From: Chromera velia
Lineage: Eukaryota
DNA: 54,832 nucleotides
NCBI GenBank assembly: GCA_018398765.1
Contig: JAHBMJ010000159.1
Span: forward strand, 1 to 54,832
Direction of reading: 5' to 3'
Part shown: positions 1 through 11,275 of the stretch, piece after piece
Position numbering within the stretch: position 1 is the stretch's first letter
Layout of the letters: every line of letters starts with the position of its first letter
Notes under the pieces: generated by a model
The model's database searches: none
Seen by the model: only the letters and a program-made list of their open reading frames with translations
What the model was told of the DNA's origin: nothing
Translations under genes and position numbers: made by a program

Positions 1-106
1 AGACAGACAGACTATACAGACAGACAGACAGACCCCTCCCAGATAATGGAGAGAACCTCCTTCTCCCTTCTTTTCTTCATAGACAGACAGACAGACAGAC
101 AGACAA

Positions 107-140
<34 letters not shown>

Positions 141-201
141 TATACAGACAGACAGACAGACCCCTCCCAGATAATGGAGAGAACCTCCCCGGGAGGGCTT
201 A
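1..201 (-). repeat. Two further copies (81-201 and partial 1-60) of the hairpin+(TCTG)n unit at the RT 3' end
   Basis: Direct sequence identity with 1439-1511. Confidence 0.9.
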
Positions 202-1404
202 GTCGGTGATCCCGATGGCTCCAAATCTTCCCGTTCGGATTGTGGGAAAGCCAAACGAGGAGACGACGGAACCAACCGTTCAAACGACTCAAAAGATGCT
301 TCTGCTGTACCCACTTACGTGTGACATGAGTGTGCCACCCGTGAAGTAGATCACTTCTCGTGGCCCCTCTCTTCATCAACTGCTGTGTGCAGTGGGCTGC
401 GGCTTCTCTGAAAGCGGATAGGGTGGAGCAGACAAATTTGAAGCGTGCCAGCTGACCCTGGAACACGCTTGACATCTGTCGTGCTGGGGCGTTGGAGCGT
501 GCGGAGGGGAATTTGATGATTGGGTAGGGGTAGGATGCTGCTTTGTTAATGACCGAAAGGGAGAGACAGCCGTCGGCAAGGCAGTCAAAACTGACTCCGA
601 TGAAATCAACAGAGCCGTCCGACTTGGTGGTCTCTTTGAATTCGAGTCCACCGTAACTATCTTTATCGGGAGGGTCCTCCACCCCTCGATGGAGAATGTC
701 ATCAATGAGGCGAAAGGAGTCCCGGTACTTCTTTGCCTCTTCTGTTTTTCCCTCCCGTACAAGTCGATCAATGAACCTCGCCTCATCACAATAGAGACAG
801 AGGTTGCTCAATTCCGGGGAGCAGTTGGTCCCCATCGGGAGACCAGTCTTCTGACGGCGGAGTTTTCCTGCTTCGTTGGAAATAAAACTGTTGTCTACAA
901 TCCAGGAGATCATTTCAAGGATGTCCTTCAGATGGAAGACTTTTGTCTCTCCCCTTGACAAATTCAAAAGTGTACTCCACTCCCCCTTCTCTGTGAGATA
1001 AATGCTTTTGGAGGCGGCAAACGAGGCGGAGAAGGGCACAAACCCCACTGGAAAACAGGCGGCTTCTATGACTGCTTCCCCCACCTTCTTCTTCAAATCT
1101 TGGTGCTGCAGCTATGTGTACATGGTGGTGAAATCGAATGTGCGGAAGCCTTTTCCGGACAGGCCTTTCTGGGAGCGGAAATGACGGACGACATCTTCTG
1201 TGTTCTGGGCAATCCAAAACCTTCGGATTCCGGTTCTGCGAAAGTTCTCAGCGTCCTTCTTTGCCAATGTCGAAATGACATGACGAAGGAGGCTGCTGAG
1301 ACGTTTAGAGACAGCGGTGGTGGAACTGACGGCTTGATGGGGTTTGCGGAAATGAATCTGGTGGAGAAGGGCTTGGTCATTAAGAGGGTTCGGACCCCCT
1401 TGTA
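140..1404 (-). mobile_element. Penelope-like retroelement reverse transcriptase, 5'-truncated, with one in-frame TAG (1112-1114); no C-terminal endonuclease
   Basis: ORFs 1112..1546 and 140..1096 are in the same frame. They give RT motifs TFDFTTMYT, QKTGLPMGTNCSPELSNL, FRLIDDIL and DFIGVSF, plus a PLE-type thumb (INK..YPYPIIKFPSARSNAP...VFQGQLARFKFVCS). Confidence 0.88.
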
Positions 1405-1511
1405 CAGACAGACAGACAGACAGACAGACTATACAGACAGACAGACAGACTATACAGACAGACAGACAGACCCCTCCCAGATAATGGAGAGAACCTCCCC
1501 GGGAGGGCTTA
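1405..1511 (-). repeat. Terminal repeat unit: hairpin (CCCTCCC..GGAG..CTCC..GGGAGGG) + (TCTG)n/TATAG tail; copy at the RT 5' side
   Basis: agacagacagactatacagacagacagacagacccctcccagataatggagagaacctccccgggagggctta is shared with 129-201, and partially with 1-60. Confidence 0.9.
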
Positions 1512-4016
1512 TGAAGGGTAGAAGACACTGCAGCTTCTAGCTCCACTCCCTACCCTGCACTGGACGGTGCAATTTTTGCTTTAAGCGTCGATACCCTGAG
1601 GATGCAACGGATACAAAAAAGTGAAAATGGAAAAGAACCGCAGTAGATCTCAGAGTGTCGGCTCTGCTTACCGAAGCAGGTCGCATTCAACATTGCAGTG
1701 CCCTCCAGCTTGCCGTCCTCGCAACGCAGCTTAGCGCGGCACCAACCCCCGCTAAACCGCCCACCCTTCACGAAATTCAAAGGACTCCATATCTTCAGGG
1801 CACTTGAGCTGCACCTCCTCCTCTCCGATGCCGATAGCCAGCGACCTATTGGAGCTTCTCGAGAAGAGCGGGTGGAGGTCGCTGCTGCTCACTGTAGAGA
1901 GATCCTCGGGAACCTCGCATGTCTCTGCAAACATGCAGGAGGTCATGTATGTCATGTGAATGAGAATGCAAGACAGCATGCACGTTGATTGAACGCAACG
2001 ATCGAGTGAGGCCATGCATTGACATGTTCAGATCTGAAAAACGGACGAGACCTCTACAGCTCGTAGGATTCAAGGGAGACACAGGAAAGCTTCAGGTTTC
2101 TTTCTGGGTACGTGTTCAGTCAGCAGTGAAGTCTTCTCTCTCGCATGCATGCAAGGCGCACGCAGGTGGCCCGGAAAGGGTAGCTGAGGGGCGCTTACAA
2201 AAATTTGAGGTGATAGCGCGCGTGTGTCGTAAATCCCGAATTGAAAAATCTGACGCACGAAGATGCATGCCTCGGAAATAAAGCTGAGAGGGCACTTAAC
2301 ACAACCAGAGCGAAGGTCAAAACAAAGTTAATTTCGCTTTTCGGGCCATTCGCACGGAGTGCGTCAGATGGTCGAGGGGGCGCCGGACACCACTGAACAG
2401 CATCCATGCATACACACACGTCAACTAGACAGAGCACAAAAAAGTAGAACAAAAAAGGCACTATTGCAGAAACAGCAAGAAGCTGCCAGAGGAACCGATG
2501 TCCGTGTCGCCTGTTCAATCCCAACCTGAGCAAGTGAGTTCTCGTTCAGACGTGACCTTGAACTGTCCATCTTCGTACCCGGTCCGCAAGAACGTGGAGC
2601 AGTCACTGGCGCCAGTCGCCCGTCACTGGCGCCCCCATCCACTTTCCTTGTGTTCGCGCGGACCGGAAAGCGCATCGGCGCCCCTCCGCGCACTTCATGT
2701 ACACCAGTTTTCGTCCTAGTCCGATCCGGAGCGGTTTATTGTCACTGCGCGAGAGGAAAGGGTCGAAGCCGGTAATATTCAGCCCAGAGAAATCTTGAGG
2801 CAACTCGACTGTTTCTGCACGCATGAACGCAGGCCGAGGCAGAGGCAGAGACAGATAGGCAACAGTCCACCGTGTCCGCAAACCTCAAACAGCAGGCTGA
2901 CATGAATGAAGAGAAAAATGAGAGCCACCCACAAGCGACTGAGAAGATGGTTACAGGATGATCCGTGGGCAGTCAACTAAAAGAAAAGCACTGATGGAGC
3001 TACTAGGTGCGTCCTCCCTTCTTGCTCAAGAACAGTTCCAGAAACCAGCCTGTGAAAGAGCATGCATGCACAGCCGAACATCCAAAAGCTACAGTTCCTA
3101 CCTCAAAATCCAAGTGTTCATCTTCCGTTGTCAAGACATTGGCAAAACAGAGCGTACCGGAACAAGTCACGTTACGCCCCCCAACTGTCTTCAGTTGTCC
3201 ATTTTCGCACTGCATCAACACAGAGCATCCCCATCTGTTCCACGTAGGCTGCCAGCCCTCCTCTCTTCGACTGTCCGTACGATATACGCACTCCATCTCC
3301 TCCGGACACTTCATGGATACCTCCTCCGGCGTTGTCACACTGATCGTCTCGTTGGAGGCCCGCGAGAGAAACGGCCCCAAACCTTCAAGCTCGAGGCTGG
3401 AGAGGTCCACTGGCACCTCGCAGGGCGCTGCAAGGAGGCAGGCAGGCAGGGGCACGGCAGTCTCTGCCTGGCTCTCCCGTGTTGGTTGTTTTGAAGGAGG
3501 AACGAGCGTCTTCCTTCGCGCTTCGATACTCTAGTGGTAGGCCCGCAGCACGCATGCACATTGACTTGAGGGAACTACAAGGGGTGCTCCCCGGAAAGCG
3601 AGTTGCATTGGCCGTGGAAAGACAGACAGGATGAGCGAGAAAAAAAACCCAAGGAACAGAAATCCCACCCCCCCTCCCTCCCACCCCACCGATGCAGGTC
3701 ATGTTCCGGTCCGAAATGATCTTCCTGTCTTCACAATGAACCCGGGATTCACAAGAAGATTTCCGACGTGCTCGTTGCCATATGTTGCTGTGACGACTCC
3801 AGTAGGCACAATCATACCCGTCTGGGCATGTCCAGCGTACAGTCTTCTCCTCCCTGCCGATACGGAGGGGCTCATCGGGGGGTGGTTGGAGCCACGGTCG
3901 GGTGGGTTGTGAGATCGAGCCCTGATCGGAACTTTTTGAGAGGAGTGGGTGGAAGAAGCTGCTGTTCAATGATGAGAGCTCGCCCACCGGTATCTCGCAT
4001 GTCTCTGCACACCCAT

Positions 4017-4103
4017 TTATTCATTCATTCATTCATCCATCCATCCATTCATTCATTCATCCATTCATTCATTCATCCATCCATTCATTCATTCATTCAT
4101 TCA
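4017..4103. repeat. (TTCA/TCCA)n microsatellite in intron
   Basis: Visible tandem tetramers. Confidence 0.9.
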
Positions 4104-4721
4104 TGCGAACACAGGCATGAAACCGCCTTCCTAGGAGCAAAAGGAAAGAAAGGCACACTGGCTCGGATGCACGGAGGCGCGCCAGGCCGGGCCGAGGATG
4201 CAAGGTGACAGCCATACAATCAGTCACGCTGCTCTTCTACCTCACTTGTGATGTAGCAGCACAGGCAAACGCAGTGGGCGAGGCACTAGCAACTGCAGAC
4301 CCGCCCACACGGCAGGGCAGTCGTCCTGTCTGAGCTGAATGACGCACGCACTTGCGTTGAGGAATCAATCCGGGCATGCAGCCCTGCAGTGAGTCACCCT
4401 ACTAACCCAGGCACGTCACGTTCACATCCCAGGCAAACCGGCCCGCGTCACACCAAATCCACTCGGTACGGCACCGCTGATAGTGGGTGGAAGAGGCCCC
4501 CCCTGCAGACAAACCGGGACTCGCTCCAAAGATCAGTCCACCTCGCACACTCATACCCCATCGGACAGACAAATGTCCCGCTGGTCCCTTCAGAGCCGAT
4601 CGTCCACACTCGGGGACTTATGGAAAGAAGAGGGTGCATTGCGGCCAGCAGGGATGGAACGTCGCACCTCTCTGCAGGGAGGAAGGGCAACTTGCAGGAT
4701 ACATATACACGCACACAGACA

Positions 4722-4765
4722 TTCTCTCTCTCTCTCTCTCTCACTCACTCACTCACACTCACATT

Positions 4766-4802
<37 letters not shown>

Positions 4803-4807
4803 GAGAG

Positions 4808-4852
<45 letters not shown>

Positions 4853-4918
4853 CAGAGACAGAGAGAGACAGACAGACCCGCACAGACACACACAAACACG
4901 CACCACACGCACACTCAA

Positions 4919-4959
<41 letters not shown>

Positions 4960-5004
4960 CGCACGCACGCACACACACACACGCACACACACCCACGCGC
5001 ACAC

Positions 5005-5055
<51 letters not shown>

Positions 5056-5118
5056 CTTACTCACTCACTCACTCTCTCTCACTCTCTCTCTCTCTCACAC
5101 GCACACACATGCACACAT
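4722..5118. repeat. Compound (CT)n/(CA)n/(GA)n microsatellite in intron
   Basis: Visible dinucleotide arrays. Confidence 0.92.
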
Positions 5119-5545
5119 GCGAGCTCTGAACAGAAGGACAGCGATGGAGACAGCAAAACATCAAAGGAAGATGAAGCTTTGGAGCGCGGGCTGATGTTCG
5201 CAGAGCCGGAAAGCCGACAGACCATTGGAGGCGGGCGAGGAAGCCACTTGAGGGCAGAGAAGAAAGCAGAGGAGAGTGCTCACAAGGGACCACATTGAAG
5301 AAGACAGCAAGGAGTTCGGGTGGCTCGGGGTGTCTGGAGACGGAGAGACGGTAGAGCTGATCACCAATTGAAGAGTACCAAAACCGGAGTATGGGAGCCC
5401 AAGAATCCGCCAGTGAACAAAGTTTATCTTTGGTCTCCAAACAGAGAAGTGATAGGATCTCTGTTAGACTCTCTATCGAATGGATAGTGACGGAAAGTAA
5501 GCTAAAGGGCCCTTTAAAAGGGGAGTTACAGGATTGTCCAAGATA

Positions 5546-5675
5546 CGGCCCGCCGTCGGCGCGCCGCAAAGTTCCGGGGATCGCGACCGCGGCCGGCCGG
5601 GGCGGCGGGGCCGCGCCGCGCGAGCCCCCCCGCGCGCGCGCGCGCACGAAAATGTTGCACGCAGTCTGCATGCAA
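5546..5675. promoter_or_regulatory. GC-rich box + TGCATGCA in divergent promoter (Cys-module gene / PEPCK)
   Basis: Nearly pure G/C tract between ATG 5295 (-) and ATG 5914 (+). Similar boxes precede other genes. Confidence 0.5.
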
Positions 5676-5913
5676 CGTCATCTTTCACAAGGCCTGAAAG
5701 CTGTTGTCAGGTGTTGCTTCTTCGATCTGTTCTCTGACTCAGTGTCTCTGAGTCGAAACTCCAACGAGTACTGGACCGTCTATGTTTAATTAATGAAAGA
5801 CCACGTTTACGAGAATTCATATTCAGCTGACACAACAAATTAAAAGAAAAAGCAGACCACTCAAGAACGAGACTTGAAACACTCCACTTCTTACATATAT
5901 ACATCAACACAAA

Positions 5914-8694
5914 ATGGCGCAGGCCACTGTCAACTTCCCACCCGAGGTGGTTCACTCCGACGCCAAGAGATGGATCACGGACTGTATCTCTCTCTGCAAG
6001 CCCGACAGTGTCCATTTTTGCGATGGGAGTGAGGAGGAATACGCGTCTCTCTGCGAGGAGATGGTCCAGTCGGGCGCCTTCATCCGACTGAACCCGGAGA
6101 AGCGCCCCAACTGCTTCCTTGCGCGATCAGATCCCTCGGATGTCGCCAGAGTCGAAGACAGGACTTTCATCTGCTCTCTCTCAAAGGCTGGGGCAGGTCA
6201 GTAGACCAGCAATCTTCCTTCCGTGGGGCATCGAATAACGTCAATTTGGACTGAATGCCTTTCCCTGTTGTTTTCACAAGTCTCCATCGAACTTTGCCGG
6301 CTTTTTCTTCTTTTGTCGTCCTATCCAGCCCTCTGGAGTCTGTCCTTTCGCCACTCCACTCCAACGCGCTGGCTGCAAGCAGACCTCATCAGCAACTGTG
6401 CACACAGAATTGTTGAATTCCATCCATACGATCAGTGCGTCTGTGTATGCCCTTATGGCTAACGGACTGACTGACTGAGTGCAGGTCCCACGAACAACTG
6501 GGCAGACCCCCGCGAGATGAAGCAGAAGTTGAATGTCCTCTTTGACGGCTGCATGAGGGGAAGGACGATGTACGTGATCCCCTTCAGCATGGGGCCAGTC
6601 GAATCCCATATCTCCCAAATTGGAATCGAAATCACAGACTCGCCGTCAGTCTTTCATCCATTCATTCAGTTGTTCGTTCGTTATGTCGCTGGTTCGATCG
6701 TCTGCTCATCTGTGCATTGAGTGATTCATTCGTTCACCAATTCGCCCGGTCAGCGTACCAGCAATTTGCCAGGCTGGCACTCCTGACGGACTCCCCTCTG
6801 TGCGTCCATGCACTTTTCTGCCTCATTGCGCTTGTTGGAATTCGTTCCGTTCGTTCGTTGGTTTCTTGTGAATCAGACGGACAAGGTTTCTGGTGAGCAA
6901 ATGCTCCAAAACTCTTCAATCTAGACCAATACAGTCTGCATTACCCACCCCTTTCGTTCCTAAGTTCTCTGCAGGTACGTGGTTGTGAACATGAAGATCA
7001 TGACCCGTATGGGCTCTGTTGTCTGGAGGGCTCTGGGCGGTCGGGGCGTGTACATTCCCTGTCTGCACTCTCTGGGGTCTCCCCTGGAGGTAGGGCAAAC
7101 CGACAGGACTCCCTGGCCCTGTAACCCGACCGTCAAGTACATCGTCCACTTTCCCGAGGAGAGGCTGATCATGTCCTATGGGTCAGGATACGGAGGGAAC
7201 GCGCTGCTCGGGAAGAAGTGCTTTGCTCTTCGGATCGCCTCTGTGATGGGTAGAGACGAGGGGTGGCTGGCAGAGCACATGCTCATCCTGGGCGTGAAGG
7301 CGCCAGAGGACGAAGAAAAGTCGTACGTCTGCGCGGCGTTTCCGTCTCAGTGTGGGAAGACAAACTTTGCCATGATCCAGCCACCAAAGACGTACAAGGA
7401 CTGGGAGATCTCCACCATCGGGGACGACATAGCGTGGATCAAGGTGGTGGATGGGGAAATGAGGGCGATCAATCCCGAGAACGGAATGTTCGGTGTCGCC
7501 CCTGGAACCTCCCCCAAAACTAACCTGGCAGCCTGTAAGGCAGTGGAGAGGAACACGATCTTCACGAACGTCGCCTTGACAGAGGACGGGGACGTGTGGT
7601 GGGAAGGGCTGACAAAGCAGCCGCCTGAGGGCAGACTGATTGACTGGAGGGGAAATGAGTGGGACAGGACATCGGGCAAACCGGCAGCTCACCCGAACAG
7701 CAGATTCACTGCCCCTCTCGACCAGGTGCCCTGCTTTGACCCCAGACACAACGACCCGAATGGTGTTCCTGTCGCTGCATTCGTGTTTGGGGGACGCCGC
7801 AGTCAGGTGCGTGGACCCAGAAGAATACGCTTACGCTTTAGGGGTTGTTGTTTCTTTCCTGTCCTTTGGATGTGTCTGTAAAGGGCAACGTATTGAGCTT
7901 CGTTGCTTTAATTGTCTGTAAGGGAGAGAGGCGTTTTTTTCTGCTTCGTCCTCATTTTTTGCCTTTCATGGCTGCCTTCATCCGTTTCGCAATACATTTC
8001 TTTTTGTTTCGTTTTATTCCCGTCTTCCCCCTACAGTGCATGCTCAAGTCTCCTTCCTCTCTGGGTTTTCTTGCACTTCTCGCGAAGAAGAAACAAATAT
8101 GGCTGCCTACCTTCCTGCCTCTGTCTCTCTCGATCTACCTCTCAGGTGATCCCCCTTGTGTGCCAGTCGTTCAACTGGAACTTTGGGGTCTACAACGCCG
8201 CCACGATCGGGTCAGAAACCACGGCAGCAGCCTTCGGGAAGCAGGGGGTGGTGAGGAGGGACCCGTTTGCGATGCTGCCCTTCTGCGGTTACCACATGGC
8301 AGACTACTGGAACCACTGGATGGAGATGGGCAGACGGGTGCACGCCCCTCCGCGGATGTTTTCTGTGAACTGGTTCCGGAAGGATCAAGACGGCAGGTTT
8401 ATCTGGCCGGGGTTTGGGGAGAACATGCGGGTGTTGGAGTGGATCTACAACAGAAGCAAGGGCAGAGCCCAGGGGGTGGAGACGCCATTCGGCTGGATGC
8501 CCGAGTTCGCGTCTCTGAATTGGAAGGATCTGAAGTTCACCCGAGAGGAATTCGATCAGGTGATGTCTGCAGAGAGGGAGGAGTGGAAGAAGGAGCTGAT
8601 GGACCACGAGGCCCTATTCGTAAACCTCCACGATCGACTGCCGAGGGAGTTCACATTCATCAGAGAGTTGATGCTCGCCTCACTGTACAGGTAG
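5914..8694 (+). CDS. PCK: Phosphoenolpyruvate carboxykinase (GTP); exons 5914-6196, 6485-6644, 6975-7806, 8146-8694; 607 aa
   Basis: Motifs [79 protein letters not shown] and [17 protein letters not shown] junctions keep frame (1824 nt). Confidence 0.97.
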
Positions 8695-11097
8695 GTCTGT
8701 GGGGATACGCAGGAAGGAATGCAGGGAACCGCATGAGCTGGGGGGGAAACAAGTGGCAATATCTCATCAGCATGTTTCGGGATGTTCTCGTACATGTGTA
8801 TATGTGTACACTCTCCACTCCTGCCAATGCCGTCTCCTTTTGTTTGCTTGACAGTGTCCCTTTGTTGTTTTGCGTTCTCGTTTCTCGCTTCCTCAACCTC
8901 AGTCTCTTCTGTGACTTCAATAGAAAGCGAGGCATGAAAAGCTTTTGAGCAAACAGATCGGCCTCCACTAGGTCTCGCTGGTTCTGTTCGCGTATGTGCA
9001 TGCAGTCCTATGTTCATGCAGCATTTCTCCCTCTGTCTTTGTGCGTGTGCGAGATTTCTGCAGGTCCCCTGAGCACTGGCACCTGGAGTGCTTCGAGCAT
9101 CAGCACTCTGAGTCGACTCCTGATCTGCATCTTCTTCTCCATAATTGAAAAGGGGGGGGTGAGATGAAGAGTGATTGATTGTGCGGCGATACGTTGAAGG
9201 TTTCGTTCATTGCTTCTTCGATCCGTTCATTGACGAGACGGCAGGAAAGAAGAGGGGGGGAGAAGAGAGGAGAGGGGGGAGGAGGGGAAGGGAAGAGGAC
9301 CCGCTCTCAACAGATAAAGTTTTGGGGGGGGATGTCCGCTTCCTTCTTTCCCTCCCCTCTACCTCTTCAAGTCCTTCTGGTTTCTTTTCTTGCTTTGTTC
9401 TTTCCTTTCCTTTCCCTTCCTTCTGTCTTCCCACTTTCGTCCTTCGATCTGTCTCTTCTGACGTTTCCCTCCTTCCTTTCCTCTCTCTGTATTCTAAGAG
9501 AAAAAGGAAAGAAAAGATGAAAGAATCTGTCTGTGGCTCTCTGCGTTGTATCTTTTTGTCTCTTTCTTCCATGACACCATACTGTCTTCGTGGGTTGGGC
9601 AGCAGGATAGCAGGAAAGATCGAAGACCGGAAAAACGAAAAGGGGCCGGGTGCATGAAAGCGACTTCAATAATTTCCTGTTATTAGAAATCTCACAGCAA
9701 TCCTTGTATGCGACAGTAGGAACAAGTGCCTTTCTTCTTTCAACCTGTCTTTTTTCTGTGTCCTCCTCCATCGTCATGCATGAATTCTTTGGATTCAATG
9801 AAAGGATGAGGAGGAGGAGTCGAGGGTGTGTGCATGAATGTCGAGGGACAAATCAATGTTGTCATGTTGTGCCTTTGGAACTAATGAGCAGATTGTAGAA
9901 GACTCAGAATAATCCTTTGTGAATGCACGTAGGAAGAATCAAGAGACTGTCGGCATGAAAGAAAAGAAACTTGAAAGAAAGAGAGATCAGAGAAGGAGGG
10001 AGGGTGGAACAGTCCGCAGAGCGATCGGATCGTTTCGCTCTGCCTTCTTTCATGGATTTCCTCGCATTCGCTTACTCTTTCTCCTCGTCCCTGTTATTAT
10101 CCGTCTTTCTCTATGTCTACGTGTTCAGTTTGTGTGGCAGCCCTTTCACTGTTTGTTTTCTGGTGTCGCTGCTTCCTCCCGCGAGCGAGGCGAAGAGGTC
10201 AATGCAGGCAGTGGAGAGGAGGGGGAGATGTACTTCTCCCTTGAATTTACCCACCTCCTCCCTGTACACACACACATGCAGGTCTTGCATGCATGCAATG
10301 TTGCTCTCAATCGTGAGTGTGTGCCTCCCTCATACTAGCTTGGCTTAGTCGGTCTCAGACTGGCTTTTTGAAAGGCAGACAGGCTGTACGTATCTATTGG
10401 TCGGAGTCTTGCCTTCTCGCTGCCATCAGACGATCCTGCATGATTTGCCTCCTGTCTTCAATTCAAACGCCATACTGAAATGCGGACTGCAGGACAGTGC
10501 TCGATTCCTCTCTTCCTTCCAGCATGCCAATGGAGCAGAAGAAGGGGAGGCGTGCTTGGCTTGGCATTGCAAGAGGGCTCGACAGCAGGGATGTATGATG
10601 TATCGATAAATCTGTACAAAAGAGTTGGAACAATGAATGCTGGGTGATTTGACAGGAAAACAGCCTCAGGCAACAACAGCATCCTTTTTTATGTCCATTC
10701 CAAACGACGAACCGATTGGTTGGCTTTGGTTGGCTTTGATTTTTTGATCGACGTGTGTTCATGATACAGTTCATCTGTGGAGTGATACAAAAGGGCGCGC
10801 TGCATTCATCATCAGTACAGATCGATGAAACAGACTCGGTCACGGTGGTGGAGAGAAGGCCCTCAGAGGGAGGAAGGAATATTTCAGCAATATTTCAGTA
10901 AAGGCTAGCTATGACAGAAAAAAAAAACTGTAATTCACATACAATAAATTACGTGCTGCAGGTTTGCGGCTACTGTAGCTATTACCGATTGTCTTCTATT
11001 CTATGTTATTCTATACTTTTACATATTCTTTTACACTCTAGTTTACGTAAGCTTACGCAAGGGTTGTGGTTAGAGAACCCCCTTGACACTCCGGTAA

Positions 11098-11275
11098 ACT
11101 TAAAACGCCGCGCCGTAGGCACGGCCAGACTTGAAACGTCTGCACCACAGGCGTGGCTTAACTTGAAGGTAGCACGCCAAAGGCACAGCCAAAATAAAGT
11201 ATACTTGAAACTTTTTGTGGAAGACGCAGACAATCTTGAAAGAACTGTGCCACAGGCATGGCCAACATTAAAAAA
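11098..11275. repeat. Degenerate ~31-bp tandem repeat (ACTTGAAAC...GCCACAGGCRYGGCC)
   Basis: Anchors at about 11098, 11129, 11161, 11203, 11234 and 11265. Confidence 0.55.

Larger units (their letters stand above)
1537..5295 (-). pseudogene. Secreted protein with five tandem Cys-rich (Sushi/CCP-like) modules, one per exon; three modules frameshifted
   Basis: Signal-peptide exon 5295-5223 (MWSLVSTLLCFLLCPQVASSPASN). Phase-1 module exons are 4671-4407 (fs), 4004-3690, 3427-3158, 2814-2526 (fs) and 1924-1672 (fs). Possible last exon 1595-1537. Shared pattern CExP..L.PLLS..CP.G.EC..C.DG..NxTC. Confidence 0.75.

Noticed and set aside
1..1511. Hammerhead ribozyme expected in PLE terminal repeats
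   Set aside because: No CTGANGA...GAAA core was seen in the repeated unit on either strand.
4389..5298. HT/ER-repeat ORFs
   Set aside because: (CA)n/(GA)n arrays antisense to the Cys-module gene intron.
11098..11275. CRISPR-like look (TTGAAAC ends, regular spacing)
   Set aside because: The period of ~31 bp is too short, the 'spacers' resemble each other, there are no cas genes, and the context is eukaryotic.
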